Source: Orbicella franksi (lineage: Eukaryota). Taken from it: a stretch of DNA of 64,000 nucleotides. The translations under genes and the position numbers were made by a program. Where the stretch lies: contig OZ116708.1 of the NCBI GenBank assembly GCA_964199315.1, positions 6,448,001 to 6,512,000 on the forward strand, written 5' to 3'. Of the stretch, positions 13,027 through 27,626 are shown piece by piece (within the stretch, counting starts at the first letter, position 1; every line of letters begins with the position of its first letter). The notes below the pieces were generated by a model. That model was given only the letters and a program-made list of their open reading frames with translations, was not told where the DNA came from and ran no database searches.

Positions 13027-16000
13027 GGAAGGTGTATGCAAAAGCGCCAGGGTAACTCGCTTACGAGAGCTTAAACCATATTGAATCGAAATTTTGCCTC
13101 ATTAGCAGTATGATAATTTTAAGACATTTAAGGTCGTCTCTTTTAAGACATTTAAGGTCGTCTCTTTTAAGACTGATAGGGTACAGTGCATGTGCATTTT
13201 TTCTTTAAATTTTTGAATGCTTTATTCATGGGACGAGCCAATTTCGAGAAATCATCCGGTACTTCCCATTGAGGAGTTTCCTGCTCTTGCACTACTCAAG
13301 ATTGCGGCAATGTTACAACCCCTTATTATCCAATTTTCGCTTTATTAACTGTCAAGCCGTCTCTGACGGGAGGTAAAAACAAAAGAAAATTCAAACTTCT
13401 AGCTATAAAAGTGGCCGCGGTCGCTTATAACAGGTGGTCGCTGACAAGTTCAGAAGTCCCAAATAGAATGATTTGACTTAAAAACTTTTGGTGTTTTGAA
13501 AAACTGGTCGCCGAGGAGAGGTTGTCGCTTACGAGAGGTGGTCGCAACCGTGTTGTCTTCAGCGAAAGGCTTTTTTTTTTTCTTTTTTTTTTTTTTTTCA
13601 CCTGTACAACGCAACTTCACTTATTATCATCCTCATAATAATATAGAAAGATAAATACATACGTAAACTTTTTACATTGTTTCTAGATTCTATGTGTTCT
13701 AGTTCAGGAGTATATCATGTGTGTTCTTGTAGGTGTACATTATAAGCGGGATCGAGTATCTTCTCTCTCTTGTTTTAGTTAAAAGCGCTGGCGCCGATGG
13801 TTCTGCTTTGGTGGTGCTGCCTTTGGTCTGCTTTGGTTCATCAGCAATTTCGTCAATTGCTATGCTTGTGTCTAGGTCTTAATTCACTTTCGTGCCTAAT
13901 AATGTCATTTTACCATGTACACTGTTGTGCTCACTAAGTTTATTAGTGCTCACGCCATGAGGAAGCCGGTATTACTGCGCGCCATTATGCTCGTTTACGT
14001 ACATTATGTGACAAACTTTCTTTTACATTGTGTTTCTTTGAAGCTTCAAGTCCTTGTGCTGTTAACAATGGTGGATGCAGCCATTTTTGTGTCGCAACAA
14101 AATCTGGTTATGAATGCATTTGTCCTACTGGTTTGGCAGTAAAGCAAGATAACAAGACCTGCGAAGACAGTAAGTCTACTGAAAAAAAGTGGAAGCATTG
14201 CGTCTGACGACGAAGAATATAGTTAGCGATTTTACTCCATGCTACCCAGTCTAAAAAACCGCAAATTAGATCGCAACTCGCACATTAATTCAGTTCAAAT
14301 GGAAACAATTGCTTTTCGTTGCCAAGCCGGGAACAAGGTCGACTTTTTTTATACAGAAACGTAACTCCTGAATTATCTTTAACTATATTATACCCGTGTA
14401 ACAAATTTAGTATGAGCTTCTATATAAGTTAAGCGAAATTTTCAACATTTTTTTTTAAACCAGACGTTTATTCATGTTGTACTGTCCTCAACCCGCCAAG
14501 TGTAGTTTTAAATACTTCTTTGTTAAAGGTCGCCTCAAACCCATAGTCTTCACTCTTCCTCTTGAGATCCAAAAATAAGTTTGCTCTAATGACTCCTTTG
14601 ACGAAAAAGGAGAAGAATATATTAGAGATTTTGACCCTGTCAGGAGCTGTACAATAAGTATTTCTACATCACCGAGAGAAAAAAGTCAAGCCGTCAAATC
14701 AAGGTATGTGTTTTCATTTACTTCTTGTAATTCTTATCGTAGAAGTGAAGAAGTTTATCATTTTTGCTGACGCCGACGCCAAATCGACGAATATTATTTC
14801 ACTGGATGTTAACTACTTTGTGGTACAAATTTTGTTTCGTCATCTTGGAAATCAACGCCCAATAGCTTTGGACTTTGACCCCGTTGAAGAACGTGTGTAC
14901 TGGTCAGACATAGCAGAAGGTCTCATAATTAGCGCTTTTTTCAATGCAACTGCTGTGAAAATTTTGTTTCGCTGTAACGTGAAGAGTCCTGAAGGCTTAG
15001 CCATTGACCACGTGGCAAGAAATATTTACTGGACTGATACAGGGACCAATAGGATTGAAGTGGCTCGGCTTCATGGAACAAGCAGGAAACTGCTCATCAA
15101 AGATGGACTTGATAAGCCAAGAGCGATAATTCTGGATGAGAGAAATGGGTAAGTTAATCGGATGCCGTAAAATTGGAAGGTCGTAAAGTAATTCTTTCAG
15201 CATTGTTCTTTCTGTGAGGTGAAATCAGCCGGCGTGACATACGATAAATATTCGTCCCAGCATTCTTTTCAAGATAACATAGCTAATAGCATTTGCTCAT
15301 AATAGTGCAGATACTGTATTATTTGAAGCGAAATTGGTTACTAAAATAGAACCTCGATTTAGTTTAGTTGATTTTGTTTTTTGGTCTTTGTTAATTAACA
15401 CCACTTTTTGCTCTTTCACGTGATTTTGTACTTTTATTAATTGTCACTTGTAATTACGTAACCACTAGCACCTTAATCTTATTTAAAGCTCGTTTTTATT
15501 CAAAAATTGTAATAAATGAAGGTCTCTGACCGAAACGTTTTTTACTAAATTTTTTAATCTATTTTACGTCAGAAGTTGTCCGTCCTCACAATTTTTTAAC
15601 TTTCTATGTATGTATGTATGTATGTATGTATGTATGTATGTATGTATGTATGTATGTATGTATGTATATACGTTTTTTTTTCTTTCAGCTCGTAACCACT
15701 CCCAGACAGAATAATCTTAGCGAATTCAAAAAAAAAAACTTTCCTGCTAGGTTTTCGCCTTGATTCGGGCGAAGCCCGAATCCAGGCTAAGCACACAGCG
15801 ACCTTAAACCAGGGAGGGCTCCGTCAAGGCCAGGCTGGGCACATGGCCCAATGACTGGTCTATCTGCTGGGGGCTTGCTGGGGACCAGCTGTCAAAAGCA
15901 GGCGGGGGAGGGTGTCTTGTACTGACACCCCCAACTAGCTAGAATTTGGGTTTTCAGTGTTAAATAAGATTGTAATTGACTGTGTTTCTGGGTATTTTAC

Positions 16001-17016
16001 TCAGTTGTTTGACCTTTTTTGAGGCTTCTGTGTTGACATGGCACTCTGCTAGAGTGGTCCATGCCACGTGCATGCGTGTGGGGCCAATCTCCTAGCCAGG
16101 GGGGTTGTCAGAGGACTTCTGGCCGCTGGAACTGTCTCTGAGTCAATGCGGGCATGTTTTTGCGAATTCGGTTAGATCTATTTTTTCACCCTAATTGAAT
16201 GATACCACTACTTCAATATTTAAAATCAGCCATCAGCCGATCGATAATTTGTCCAAGGAGGAAAAGCTTTTCATACTTAGGCATTCATTCAACTCGGATA
16301 TCGATGGATGTATTAACCTCTTGTATTGCTGCGCGCCCCTTGTGTTCTTGCCTTATTCCGTGTTCAATCACAAAATGTTTCCGTACTCTTTGACGCTTTC
16401 AGCACGATGTACTGGACAGATTGGGGCGCCAGTCCAAAGATCGAGATGGCGGGGATGGATGGTTCAGCGAGACTAGCCATTGTAACTGGAAACCTTGTTT
16501 GGCCAAATGGACTTACTATCGACCAAACGACAAACCGTCTCTTCTGGGCTGATGCCAAACTAAACAAAATTGAGACATCAGACCTTACTGGAGGAAATCG
16601 ACAGCTTATATTGTCATCTGGGAACAACATCCATCCTTTTGGCCTAGTTGTGTACAACAGCATGCTGTAGTGGACCGATTGGAATATCTTGAGCGTTTCA
16701 AGCTTCAATTTAGCCAGTGGAAATCAGGATGTGATGGTAACTGGCCTGCAACTGCCGACCGACATTCACGTGTTTGATCCTTCCCTAATATTTTCAGGTT
16801 AATTATTGGATTGCTTAGTCTTTAAACTATTAACAGTACATAGTATATGAACCTAAAATGATTGCTTTCTTTTTGCTAATGTCATTTAAGAGTTGCTATG
16901 CACTAGTGTAAAACTTTTTTTAGCTTTTATAATTACCTGACATCAGGAAAGTTAGAAAAGCAAATGACAAAATACAAAGGATCCAAAAATCCACCTGTTT
17001 CTTGTTCTGTCTGTTT

Positions 17017-17052
<36 letters not shown>

Positions 17053-20000
17053 TTTTCTGAATCGAAAGTTACACAGATAATACATTTCTGAATTTTTCTA
17101 CCATCGCGGATGAACATATCTATCTGGTATGTTGCTTTACGTTCAGAGACGCAGACTCTAATAGATCAGCGTCAAAGACATTGCAATTGTAACATAAGTC
17201 CGAGGCTCTCAAGACTAAGCTCTAAATTTTCCACTTCTTCATTGCATTCAGATCTCCTCTGGTAAAAAGGGGAGTTTAAAGGGTTTTTTTTTTTTGGTTC
17301 TCTGGGACCTTGAAGTCTTGTTAGAAGACTGAGATATTGAACGTTGACTATTGCATCGCTTAATTTCTATGTCATTAGGACCCCATAATTGTTCTCAAGA
17401 CAATGGTTTATGCAGCTATTTGTGTCTTCTAAAGCCAGGGGGATTTCAGTGCGCATGTCCAACGGGTATTGCACTCAAGCCGGATGGGAAAAACTGTGAT
17501 TATGGTAAGGATGCTCAAGTGTTTCCGCAATGAGTTACTTTTTGTGTTCCCCTACATTTGTGCTAAGTTTGAGCGAAATCGATGATTTGAGCTGCGTCAC
17601 CACCTGTATTTTTTCTGCTTGGTTTTCTTATGGACACATTCTGAAACATCCTAGACTATCTAATGCGACAGATATTCCATGATTTCTTTACTGATCACAC
17701 CTTTTTTCTTTTCTTTTTTTTTTTTTTTTTTTTTTGGCTTTGTTTTTCCCCCATTAACTCCAAGGTTTGTTTTATAAGAGAGGCTCTGAAAAATTTATGA
17801 TCTTCGCTGAAGCCGATTCCGGAGAAATTTACATGGTTCCTCTCGCGGTAGAGGAAAATCCTTGCCTTCCCCTCGAAATCAACACAAACATCTCAAGACC
17901 GGTGGCAGTTGATTACGATCCAGTGGAAGGAAAGATTTATTGGACAGATGTTACCTTAAAACTGGTGGCTAGGGCCTTCCCCAACGGGTTTTCGGTGGAA
18001 ATCATTGCGCATAATAATGTGGAGACACCTGATGGGCTGGCATTGGATTATGAGGGAAGAAATATTTACTGGACTGATGCAGGGACAAGTAAAGTTGAAG
18101 TAGCGCGATTAGATGGGTCATTCAGAAAGAGCCTTATCACATCAAACATTGACAAGCCAAGAGCTTTAATCCTTCATCTGGTAGAGAGGTAATTCGGAGA
18201 TGCAGAGTTCTAACTGATTGCTTTTAGTCCATGTTATATTGACTATCATCTAAAATGAGCTCACTGCGTAATCTGGTGCAAAAGCTGCAGCATTTGGGAT
18301 AAGTATGTTGAACGTTATTATAGAGACACGAGGTTGTTCAGGCTGGAAGATAAACCACTCGTAAAATACATACGCAACTAGTTATATAACATCTTTCCTC
18401 CAGGTAGTTTCTCTCTGTAAACTTTCTTCAACTCACATATCATGACGGTGTTTGTTAAGTCGTTTGCAAAAAAAAAAGGACTACCCAACCAATCATATTC
18501 GAGTTGTTTTAATTATCAAAATGTCAAATTTTATCCTTCTAAGTTAATTAAATAATCGATTTTGTCACTTATTTTCTTAAGTCTTTTGGACCTTTATCAT
18601 GTTAATCTTTTCGCAGATTTTCTTAATTAACGTCATAATGCGCGAAGTCGTTTAGACAGAAATCACTACAAAGTCATTAAAATCCCAGGGAAAAAAAATC
18701 AAAATACAAATCCAGTATCCTGTTTATTTATGAAAAATTTGTTATTTAGAAAGATGTACTGGAGTGACTGGGGATCATCACCAAAAATTGAACAAGCCAA
18801 CATGGACGGTTCCGCCAGGACAGTTCTCGTTAGCTCCGGACTTGTGTGGGTAAATTCACTAGCCCTGGATTTCGAAAACAGACTGTTGTATTGGTGTGAT
18901 GCTAGCCTTGATCAAATAGAAAGAGTTGACTTCCAGGGAAACAACCGAGTGCTCATACTTGATTTATCAGCTGATAACCTGCATCCGTTTGGACTGGCCC
19001 TAACTGACAACGTTCTGTACTGGTCTGACTGGAACAACCAAAGTGTCCACAAATACAATATGACCTCCTCTCTCAGTGAAGTATTGGTTCAGGGAATGGG
19101 AAGGCCAATGGAATTGCATATTTATGATAAGACAAAAATCTTTAACGGTAAGCCAGCATCGATTTGATAAAATGTACATTCCCTGGGTGTCCTCCCGGGG
19201 GTCAAGCGCTGAACTGTACAGGTAGAACGAAGTGAGTTGGTGCCCATTGACAGTTCACAAAGTATGTTTTGTTAAATTGTTTGTTCATTTATTAGATGAA
19301 CAAAATACGAGAAACGTTTTGGAAGTGTTATCTACCAAGTCTCTCTTTAGGTTAAGTCCTCACGCTCATTTCAAACTTATGAAACTAAAACAAAAGTGCC
19401 TAAGTAATAACCTACTGTAATTATACGCGACTTTCATTGCTACTACAGCGTGTTGTGTGTACGTACTGCCTCGCAACTCTTCTTACCCAGTCGTGAATTT
19501 TTTTGTCCAGTGTACGTTTCAGGCTTCAATGTCTGTTTCAATCTGTATTTACGGTTCTAACAATCTTATATCTTCCACGTTCTAGAGTTAAGCGATACAT
19601 TTGGAGGAGAGTGTGGAAGACATTCCGTCTTTACTCGCGTCTTCCTTTTGAACTTTGAAAGAAAAAAGAAAAAAACATAGGGACCATAGAATTAAAAGGA
19701 AAAAGGGCAAGTCCCGCTTTAGTCACGCGTTAAGTTCGTCGTGAAATATATGCATTTTTTAAACGCAAAGCCAAGACAAAAAAATAACAAGGTAGCTCTC
19801 TCTTATCTCATAGGGTCAACCAGCTGTTCTCAACTTAATGGACACTGCAGTCACATCTGTCTTCCAAATCCACAAGGACATCAATGCTTCTGTCCAGAAG
19901 GAATACTGCTGAAGTCTGATGACGCCCTCACTTGTGAAGGAGGTACTACTCCATGCTGACTGTCAAATGATGCTCGAATATTCCTGCGTGCAACTTTATT

Positions 20001-23000
20001 AAGCAGATTCAAACCAAGAATGGATGTTGAGTTTCATGGGCCATAAGTTTTCACTTTCAACCACTGTATAGTAAGACCAAAAGTAGAACATCTTGACTAA
20101 CGCACAGTTCTCTGCCAAGATCGGCTAAAAATCTCTAAAAAGCATTTTCCTTGAGTACATGTTCTAGGGTAGTACATACTAGTTACGCAGTGGTGTTGAG
20201 TGGAGCATGAATTCAATGTTTTAATTTTGTGAAATAGTGAACCGCTGCCCACAGCTTTCGGCACCACTCCACGGCAGTCTAGAGCCTTGTTCCAATTTGC
20301 CAGGAAAAACTTGTCACTTGTCCTGTGAAAGAGGATACATCCTGAATGGGTCACCAGCACGGACATGCAACAGCGATGGGACATGGACCGGCACTCAGAC
20401 TCAGTGTAATGGTGAGTGTGCTATTGTCCCTTGATAAAAAATACAAGAAATAAATGAGAAAAACTCGATTATGCGAATGAGCAAGATATATGTGCGCCAT
20501 ATCTTTCCCCGTTGTTTTCTTTTGTTGTTGTTTTTGTTGTTGTTGCTTTTACGAAACTCCTCTCGTTACATTAATTTGAGAAAAGGGTGAAAGCCCGCTT
20601 CTCGACTAGTTTTGTTTAAAGCTAGAAAAATATTCTTTTTTTCACACGATTCTTGGCAAGCTACGTATATCGGAGACTATATCTATATTGAGTAGATGTT
20701 ACATAACAAGAAGTACCTAAACATGTATATCGCATCGTGAGTGTTAATATTACAATTTTATTGAAGCATGCTTTAATTGCAAGCAACGTAGCCTTACGTA
20801 TAGTCAATTAGACTACTGCTAATAAGCACCAACGACCAAAATATTCGTGCTATGGCTTTCAGCTGTTACATGTCCAGCTTTACCAGCACCGTCCAATGGC
20901 ATCAGGCAAAATTGCACAGGGACAGCAGTGGAGTATTACAATACAACCTGCCTCTTTGTCTGCCATCCTGGATATAATGCAGTCGGCTCCTCATCAAGAA
21001 AATGTCTTGAAAATGGAACCTGGAGTGGCCAAGAGTTCGTTTGCCAAGGTAAAAATATTTATAACCAGATTAAGCTTGCACTATTTTTTTTTTCTCAAAA
21101 GATCTAAACGCTTGACATTACATCATTGCATGCCATTAATATCATGTTTTTATCATGTACTAGTATTAATAAAACAAATTCGTACGTTATAATCAAAGCT
21201 GTCACCTGTGCGCCTTTGAGCATCCCTGCAAGAGCCATTCTGCTGACTGTGTCCTGTGGCAATACGTACGGATCAAACTGTGTCTTCGGCTGCCAAAGTG
21301 GATATGGCAGCCCTTACGGGAATGTTACTAGGACGTGCTTACAGTCTGGACAATGGAGTGGAAACGCGATCAACTTTACAGGTACCAGGCAGTATTCGTT
21401 TTAATGCACCATACACCGTCTAAAATACTACTCAGTAACTTCCATCTGAACTGCAACACGCTAGGGTTTTATCAACAACTTAGTGCAACTCAATATTCAA
21501 AGCTACTGATAACGAACACCATCGAAGAACTCCTTGGAAGGTTTCATCCGAATAACCAAAAAACAAACAAACAAACAAACAAACAAACAAACAAAAAAAC
21601 GGAAACGGTATAATGCTAGCTATGTGAGAGTCAACTGAAAGAGCGGCCTTGCTAAAAAGATCCCGTGGCATATAACATATAGTGAGTTGGAAGTTATTTC
21701 AGGACTTCACTACATCAATTGAAGTACTGGTAGCTACATCAATTTAAGTACTTGCTGTGATACTAAACCGATTGTTTAATGTTGTGTTCTTTCATATTTC
21801 AGATATGCTTCCTCCAACATTTGGCATCAAGTGCCCAGCAAGTCCATTGCTGGTATATGCAGAACGTGACATGTTTTCAGCAGAAGTAAACTGGACAGAA
21901 CCAGTTGCCACTGATAATTCAGGAATCATGCCTAGGGTGACGCCGAATTACCAACCGCCACAAAGACTCAGTCAGGGAACTCACGTGATCATATACACTG
22001 CAGAGGACCAATCAAAGAACAAAGCAACTTGTAGCTTCACTGGTAAAGTAAAAGGTGCGGATTAAACATACACGAAGTTTCATATATTTACTCTTGGTAA
22101 CATTTGTTTCAGCATATCTGTAATAGCAAATTGTTATATAGGATATAGCTTACAAAACGTGGCGTTGCATCTCACCATCTCCCCCACCCCCCCATCTCTG
22201 CACCAAAAAACACTGTTTTTAATATTTGTGGCTGCCTCGTCTTAAGTTTGTTCGTGATGTTAATACATTATTTTAACAGTTTGCTCTTTTCCGACGGGCA
22301 ATACAGTTCTATTTAAATGCTAACCATCAATTAAGTGGTCATCATTTTAATGTCAACAGTTATCAATTGCGCATCGCTGATGGTAGACCAAGGAAGTCCA
22401 CTGCGCATGAGCAGCTGCGGTAGTCATTTTGGGGTACAATGCAAGTTTTCTTGCATGATTGGTTATCGTTTGAATGGCTCGTCAACAGTCACCTGTGTTG
22501 CCCCTGGCAACAGACCCCCTGGATCATGGGATAACCCGCTGCCTATATGTCAAGGTAAGTTATACAGATGACAGCTTTCATATAATCAAGCGATCCCTTT
22601 TATCTTTACGCTCGGAATCATGCTCAATCGAGCTAAAATGTATTGGCAGTCATCAAGCTGAAACAACAACCATGATGAAACAACAGGGTATCCTTGTAAT
22701 ATTTGTTTGTTTAATTTTAATTGACAAGTTTGGCTCAATAGTTGATGTGCTGGACTCAGGAACTTGCATTTTGTGTGGTCTAAACAATGCATATTTAGCA
22801 ACTGATCTTTTCGTTTATCTGTAGCTATAACATGTACTTCTCTGCCTTCTCCATCTAATGGAGTTAAGACCGGCTGTACTCACATCGGATCAGAAACTTA
22901 TAATACTCATTGCAGTTTTACATGCAATGTTGGCTACACTCTGGTTGGTTCGCCGGCTAGGCGGTGCCTAGAAAATGGGACTTGGAGTGGAGACATGCCT

Positions 23001-26000
23001 TCTTGTCAAGGTAAGTAAAAATACAACCTTTACCATCAAAGGCTGTTAGTTATGCAGTTTTGAAAGCTGTAAAAACACCAGGCACAATGACTCACTTTGG
23101 TAGGAATATACCTGCTCCATTTCATGGTTAAACCTTTCTGTGGGCCTTTGCCGATTACGACTGATGGTTTCATAGTAGAGCAACAAGACAAATGAAAGGA
23201 AGATTAAACCAGAAACAGCTGCTTCTTTGCAGAATATTGGAAGTATGTCGGGAAAAACACAGGCTTGAAGAGTGTATTACATCAAGTTTAAAGTTCTTAA
23301 TCTCAGGAACAGTCTTAACACAAACATTACCTTAGCATTAACGCGTCAGAAGATTTTTATTTCTTTGTCCGTTTATTTAGTAATCAGTTGTGGCGCACTC
23401 ACTCCTCCAGCGCTTGGTGTCATTTCTCCACCTTCCTGCCTAGTTGGCAGTAATTATAGCCAGACATGTCAATATACTTGTGAAAGACTCGGATACGTTC
23501 TCAAGGGATCTTCTGTAAGAATGTGTGATACTAACGGACAGTGGACTGGGTCAAACGTAACACGTTGCAGAGGTAAAGTGACTTAGTTCAACCTAATGTA
23601 GACTGTTTGCTTATTTTCTTTCCTTCTACCTGCATTTCTTATTATCAGAATATTAATACGATGAACGTCTTGGCAATCATTTAGAGGAAGTACTGATCTA
23701 CTTCTGCCTTGTTAGAACTTAACCATCATTTTCCCTTATAATCACTGGTGTACTGGTCATCAACTCTTAATGCGTAGTCTTCGGTATTCTCAATTCTATT
23801 TCTTTTGTTTCGTTTTGATTTTATTTCAAAATGTAGAAGCTTTAACAATTTGTTTATTCATGGTGTTTGTCTCCCAGCAAACTGCTTGCTTTAAAAGGCT
23901 GTCTTTTTCATCGTTTGTAGATACTGCTCCTCCTTCATTTAATGACACCTGTCCTAACAATATGGTGTTCTATGCTGCTGAATGTTCGTCCAGCGGTTTA
24001 ATTACGTGGAATGAACCAGTGGCTACTGACAATTCTGGTCACGTGTCTATCAGCTACCCTACCATTCGTTCTCCTGCCAACCTTAGTATCGGTCTGTACA
24101 GTGTACTTTATTCTGCGATAGACAGCAGTGGAAACCAAGCTAACTGCACGTTTATAGTTCAGGTAGCAAGTAAGTCAATCCTCCTGTCATGAGGAAAATA
24201 CCATGATAAATAGATATATACTAAAGAGAGAAATGTTTGCAAGACTTAAATCACTTCTGATTATATCATATCCATAGTTTTATTTTAAAGATGCGGCTTT
24301 TCTCTAAAGACAGAACTGAACTTTTCTGATTCACAGGAAAGTCTTGTACTATTCTTCAAGCACCAATACACGGGGCCATAACTTCTCTTTCGTGTGGATT
24401 TTTATTTGGTTCCCTGGCTTCCTTCTCTTGTGATAAAGGATACCAAATGGCTGGGTCTCGACAGCGCTCGTGTAGAGCAGATGGAACATGGTCAGGCGAC
24501 ACAACCCTATGTAACAGTAAGTGACTGCTACCCACGTCTTTTTGATTTGCATACTTTGTGACGCAAAACGGAAATTTCGTGCAGCACTGTTATATCATTA
24601 TAGGACAGCATCACACTGGAATTGATTGCTCGCGACATTCAGTAACTTGTTGCTTCCATGCATAATACCTAATTGTATATTTTTGGATCGCTTCGGCAAA
24701 TCAGGCTCAATTAGTTTCCCGATAGCCTGAACCATGGCCTCACTAATCTCAACTGACATACCGCCGAAGCGTACCAAAAAGATACGATTGTATATGAGAA
24801 CCGTGTTGACGTATGCGAAGATACAAGAGTCGCTCGAACGATTACTGGATGTCGTTTTCCGTTATTTCCAGAATAACCAAGTGTAAGTGTTATCGGCTGA
24901 GGCTGATAATATTTGCAGTGACCTTGATAAGTCTGGATATCGCGAAAAATCGAACTTAGTAATTGTGTTAATACATATTGAACAAACATAAGTTTCATTC
25001 ACTGTTAGTGAAATCAATTTAGTTTGAAGGCTGAATGTCCACTTCATGCTAAAACGTTTCTGTTCAGCTGTTCGTGAAAATTATCCCCTTTATTTATTCT
25101 ACCTATTACGACTTTTTCCGTGGATTTTTTGGTGTTTTCCGCTTCTGCATTATCCACTTTATTTCTGCATTTCGTAAAAGGGAATGTGATCGAAACGAAA
25201 TCATCTTTGTAGCTGTGCGACCGCGCTTAACAAGTGACCAGTATCTAGAATTGTCTTAAGCCAACAGATTCTATGGAAACTGAGAGCCTACAGTGTAATA
25301 AGTATAGGTAATCGTATGAGTGCAAGTGCAATTAAAGACTTCCGCAACGACTGATATTTGAAAATTCTCTCAAACTTACACAAACCTTTAGGGGAGTGTA
25401 CTGTGAAAGAATTTACAAATATCACGAGTTGTGTAAATCCTGAATTGCTCGAACCTTCATACGATTACTCATTTATTATATGACTGCGAAAATCACAAAA
25501 GTTCACGCGTTAATTTGCACTGTGGTGCAAATTAAAAATAAACGACAAATTGGCCCGCTCTCTCTCGAGGAATGCACTTAGCGTTTCTATGCTGTTACTT
25601 TAAACATATACAAGTAAGATATCCTTGACCGTGCTTTGCTCCTTTATCAAGCACTGAAAGGAAAGAAAGCGAAACACGTGCCGCTAGCTATCAAACTTAA
25701 ACTCATTGAGCTTTATTAAGAAACAAAGCAACTTTTCCTTATTCCAACGTTATGTACAAGAGTCCCAGTTATCTTTCAAAATGGTTCATAGTTCGTGTTT
25801 GCTTTCTTCCAGTTGTTAGGTGTCCGACAATTACAGCGCCAACAGATGGAGTGATATTTCCTTATCCATGCACTTCGATCTCTGGTGTAAATTATGGAAC
25901 AGATTGCTTCTCTATGTGCAATGTTTCCGTTGGTCACCGACTGGAAGGTGCACAAAACGTATCCTGCCTCGAAAGTGGGTTTTGGAGTGCAGATACTACC

Positions 26001-27593
26001 AAGATAATATGTAGAGGTATCTAATCTAGATGTATTTTTGTACGTGGTGTATTTACCTGATAAACCAGAGAAATTGAACTTAATCATTTTCGTTATTTAG
26101 CTGTTTTGTGTTTCTCCGCGGTAGCAGGTGCACAAGACCATCTCTGACCAACCTGGTTGTTTTTTGTTTTTGTTTTTGTTTTATTTGTTTGTTTGTTTAT
26201 TTGTTTGTTTTTGTTTTTCCTGTTGATTCTTCAGCTCCACTATTCTCTAGTCTTTCTCTTCCTCTCGACCTTTTCTACACAAAATTGCCTTCATTTTATC
26301 TCTTGACCATCCAATTTCTGATTTCCATGCAACCTAGTGTCCTCAAAGTCATTCGTTTTCCTTATCTTCCATGTTTTGCAGACAAAGCAGGACTAGCTCT
26401 AAAGCACACTGAGATAGATAGTCCCTCCAAATACAACAAGATAGAGATCCACTTAGAGCATGCTCACGTTGCTGATCCATAATTTAACATTGATATCATC
26501 GGCCGTACTTATTGTGCTTGGTACATACTGTCCCTCACCAGATTTACCACACGAATCCTTAAATTTCATGCTGTATAGACACTTATCTTCTGCTTAAAAC
26601 GTATTTTATTTCTAATCGTGCAATGATATTTCTGCTGTTCTTTGGTATCCATTTAATTAGACTTCGTTATACTGCTATCTGAGTTGTCATTCAGTACAGC
26701 TAACCTTCGTGGTGACCTTTAATTCTCCTGCAAACCACCTATTATGCTAAGTGTTCTTCTTCTTGGTCCTCTCCATGTACATCCACTGACGTAATCAATA
26801 TACTCCTTATCTACTTTGCTCCTCGCAGCACACATTACAAGTTCGGTGCTTAACGAACACAGTCCATTTCGTTTGCACATTGGGGAACTCTATAGCATTA
26901 TCAGGCGTCTTATCAGTTATCTTATTGGCCGCAAAACCTTTCGTTAGCTTTAGTTCACCTTGCGTAATGAACTCACTGCCATTACTGATTATATTTGGAG
27001 CCTATTGATTTTCTCCAGAGCGTATTTGACTCCCCTTGTATCAAGCTTCTACAGGAGTGAGTGATATCGGCTCCCAACAAAACCCCCAATCATACAGAAC
27101 AAGTTCATCTAATAGATTTACACATAACTAATTCACTTCTGGAATCATCCTCTCCGCCAAGAGAGATTAGTTTCCAATAATCTTTCCAAACTACCACTTA
27201 ACAGATGTTCAACCTCCCAGTATTCAATGCCCACACGATGTGGAGATTCCCACAGAAACTGGACAACCATTTGCAAGCGCGACGTGGCAAGTACCAAACC
27301 CCACCGACAACTCTAACGAGTCCGTAAGCCTCAGTGGTTTGCTTCCGCCCCAAAAGTTGGATGTTGGCAATAAGCACATCACATACATAGCGACGGATTC
27401 AGCTGGGCTCATTGGAAGCTGTACATTTTCTATTTATGTCAGAGGTAGGATATGTTTTATCTTAAAGTCATCGAATTCCAATTCTAAACGTGCTCATCTT
27501 TTGGAGCTGTTGCTTTACCCATTTCAGCTCTAATAGCAGGAATCCACAAGATTGGATTAGAGTTTCGATTTCCAACTTTCCGTTCAAGTTCTC

Positions 27594-27626
<33 letters not shown>

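Noticed and set aside
26230-27180. Possible retroelement coding relic on the minus strand
   Set aside because: Coding-like texture but many stops and no diagnostic RT or endonuclease motif I could confirm.
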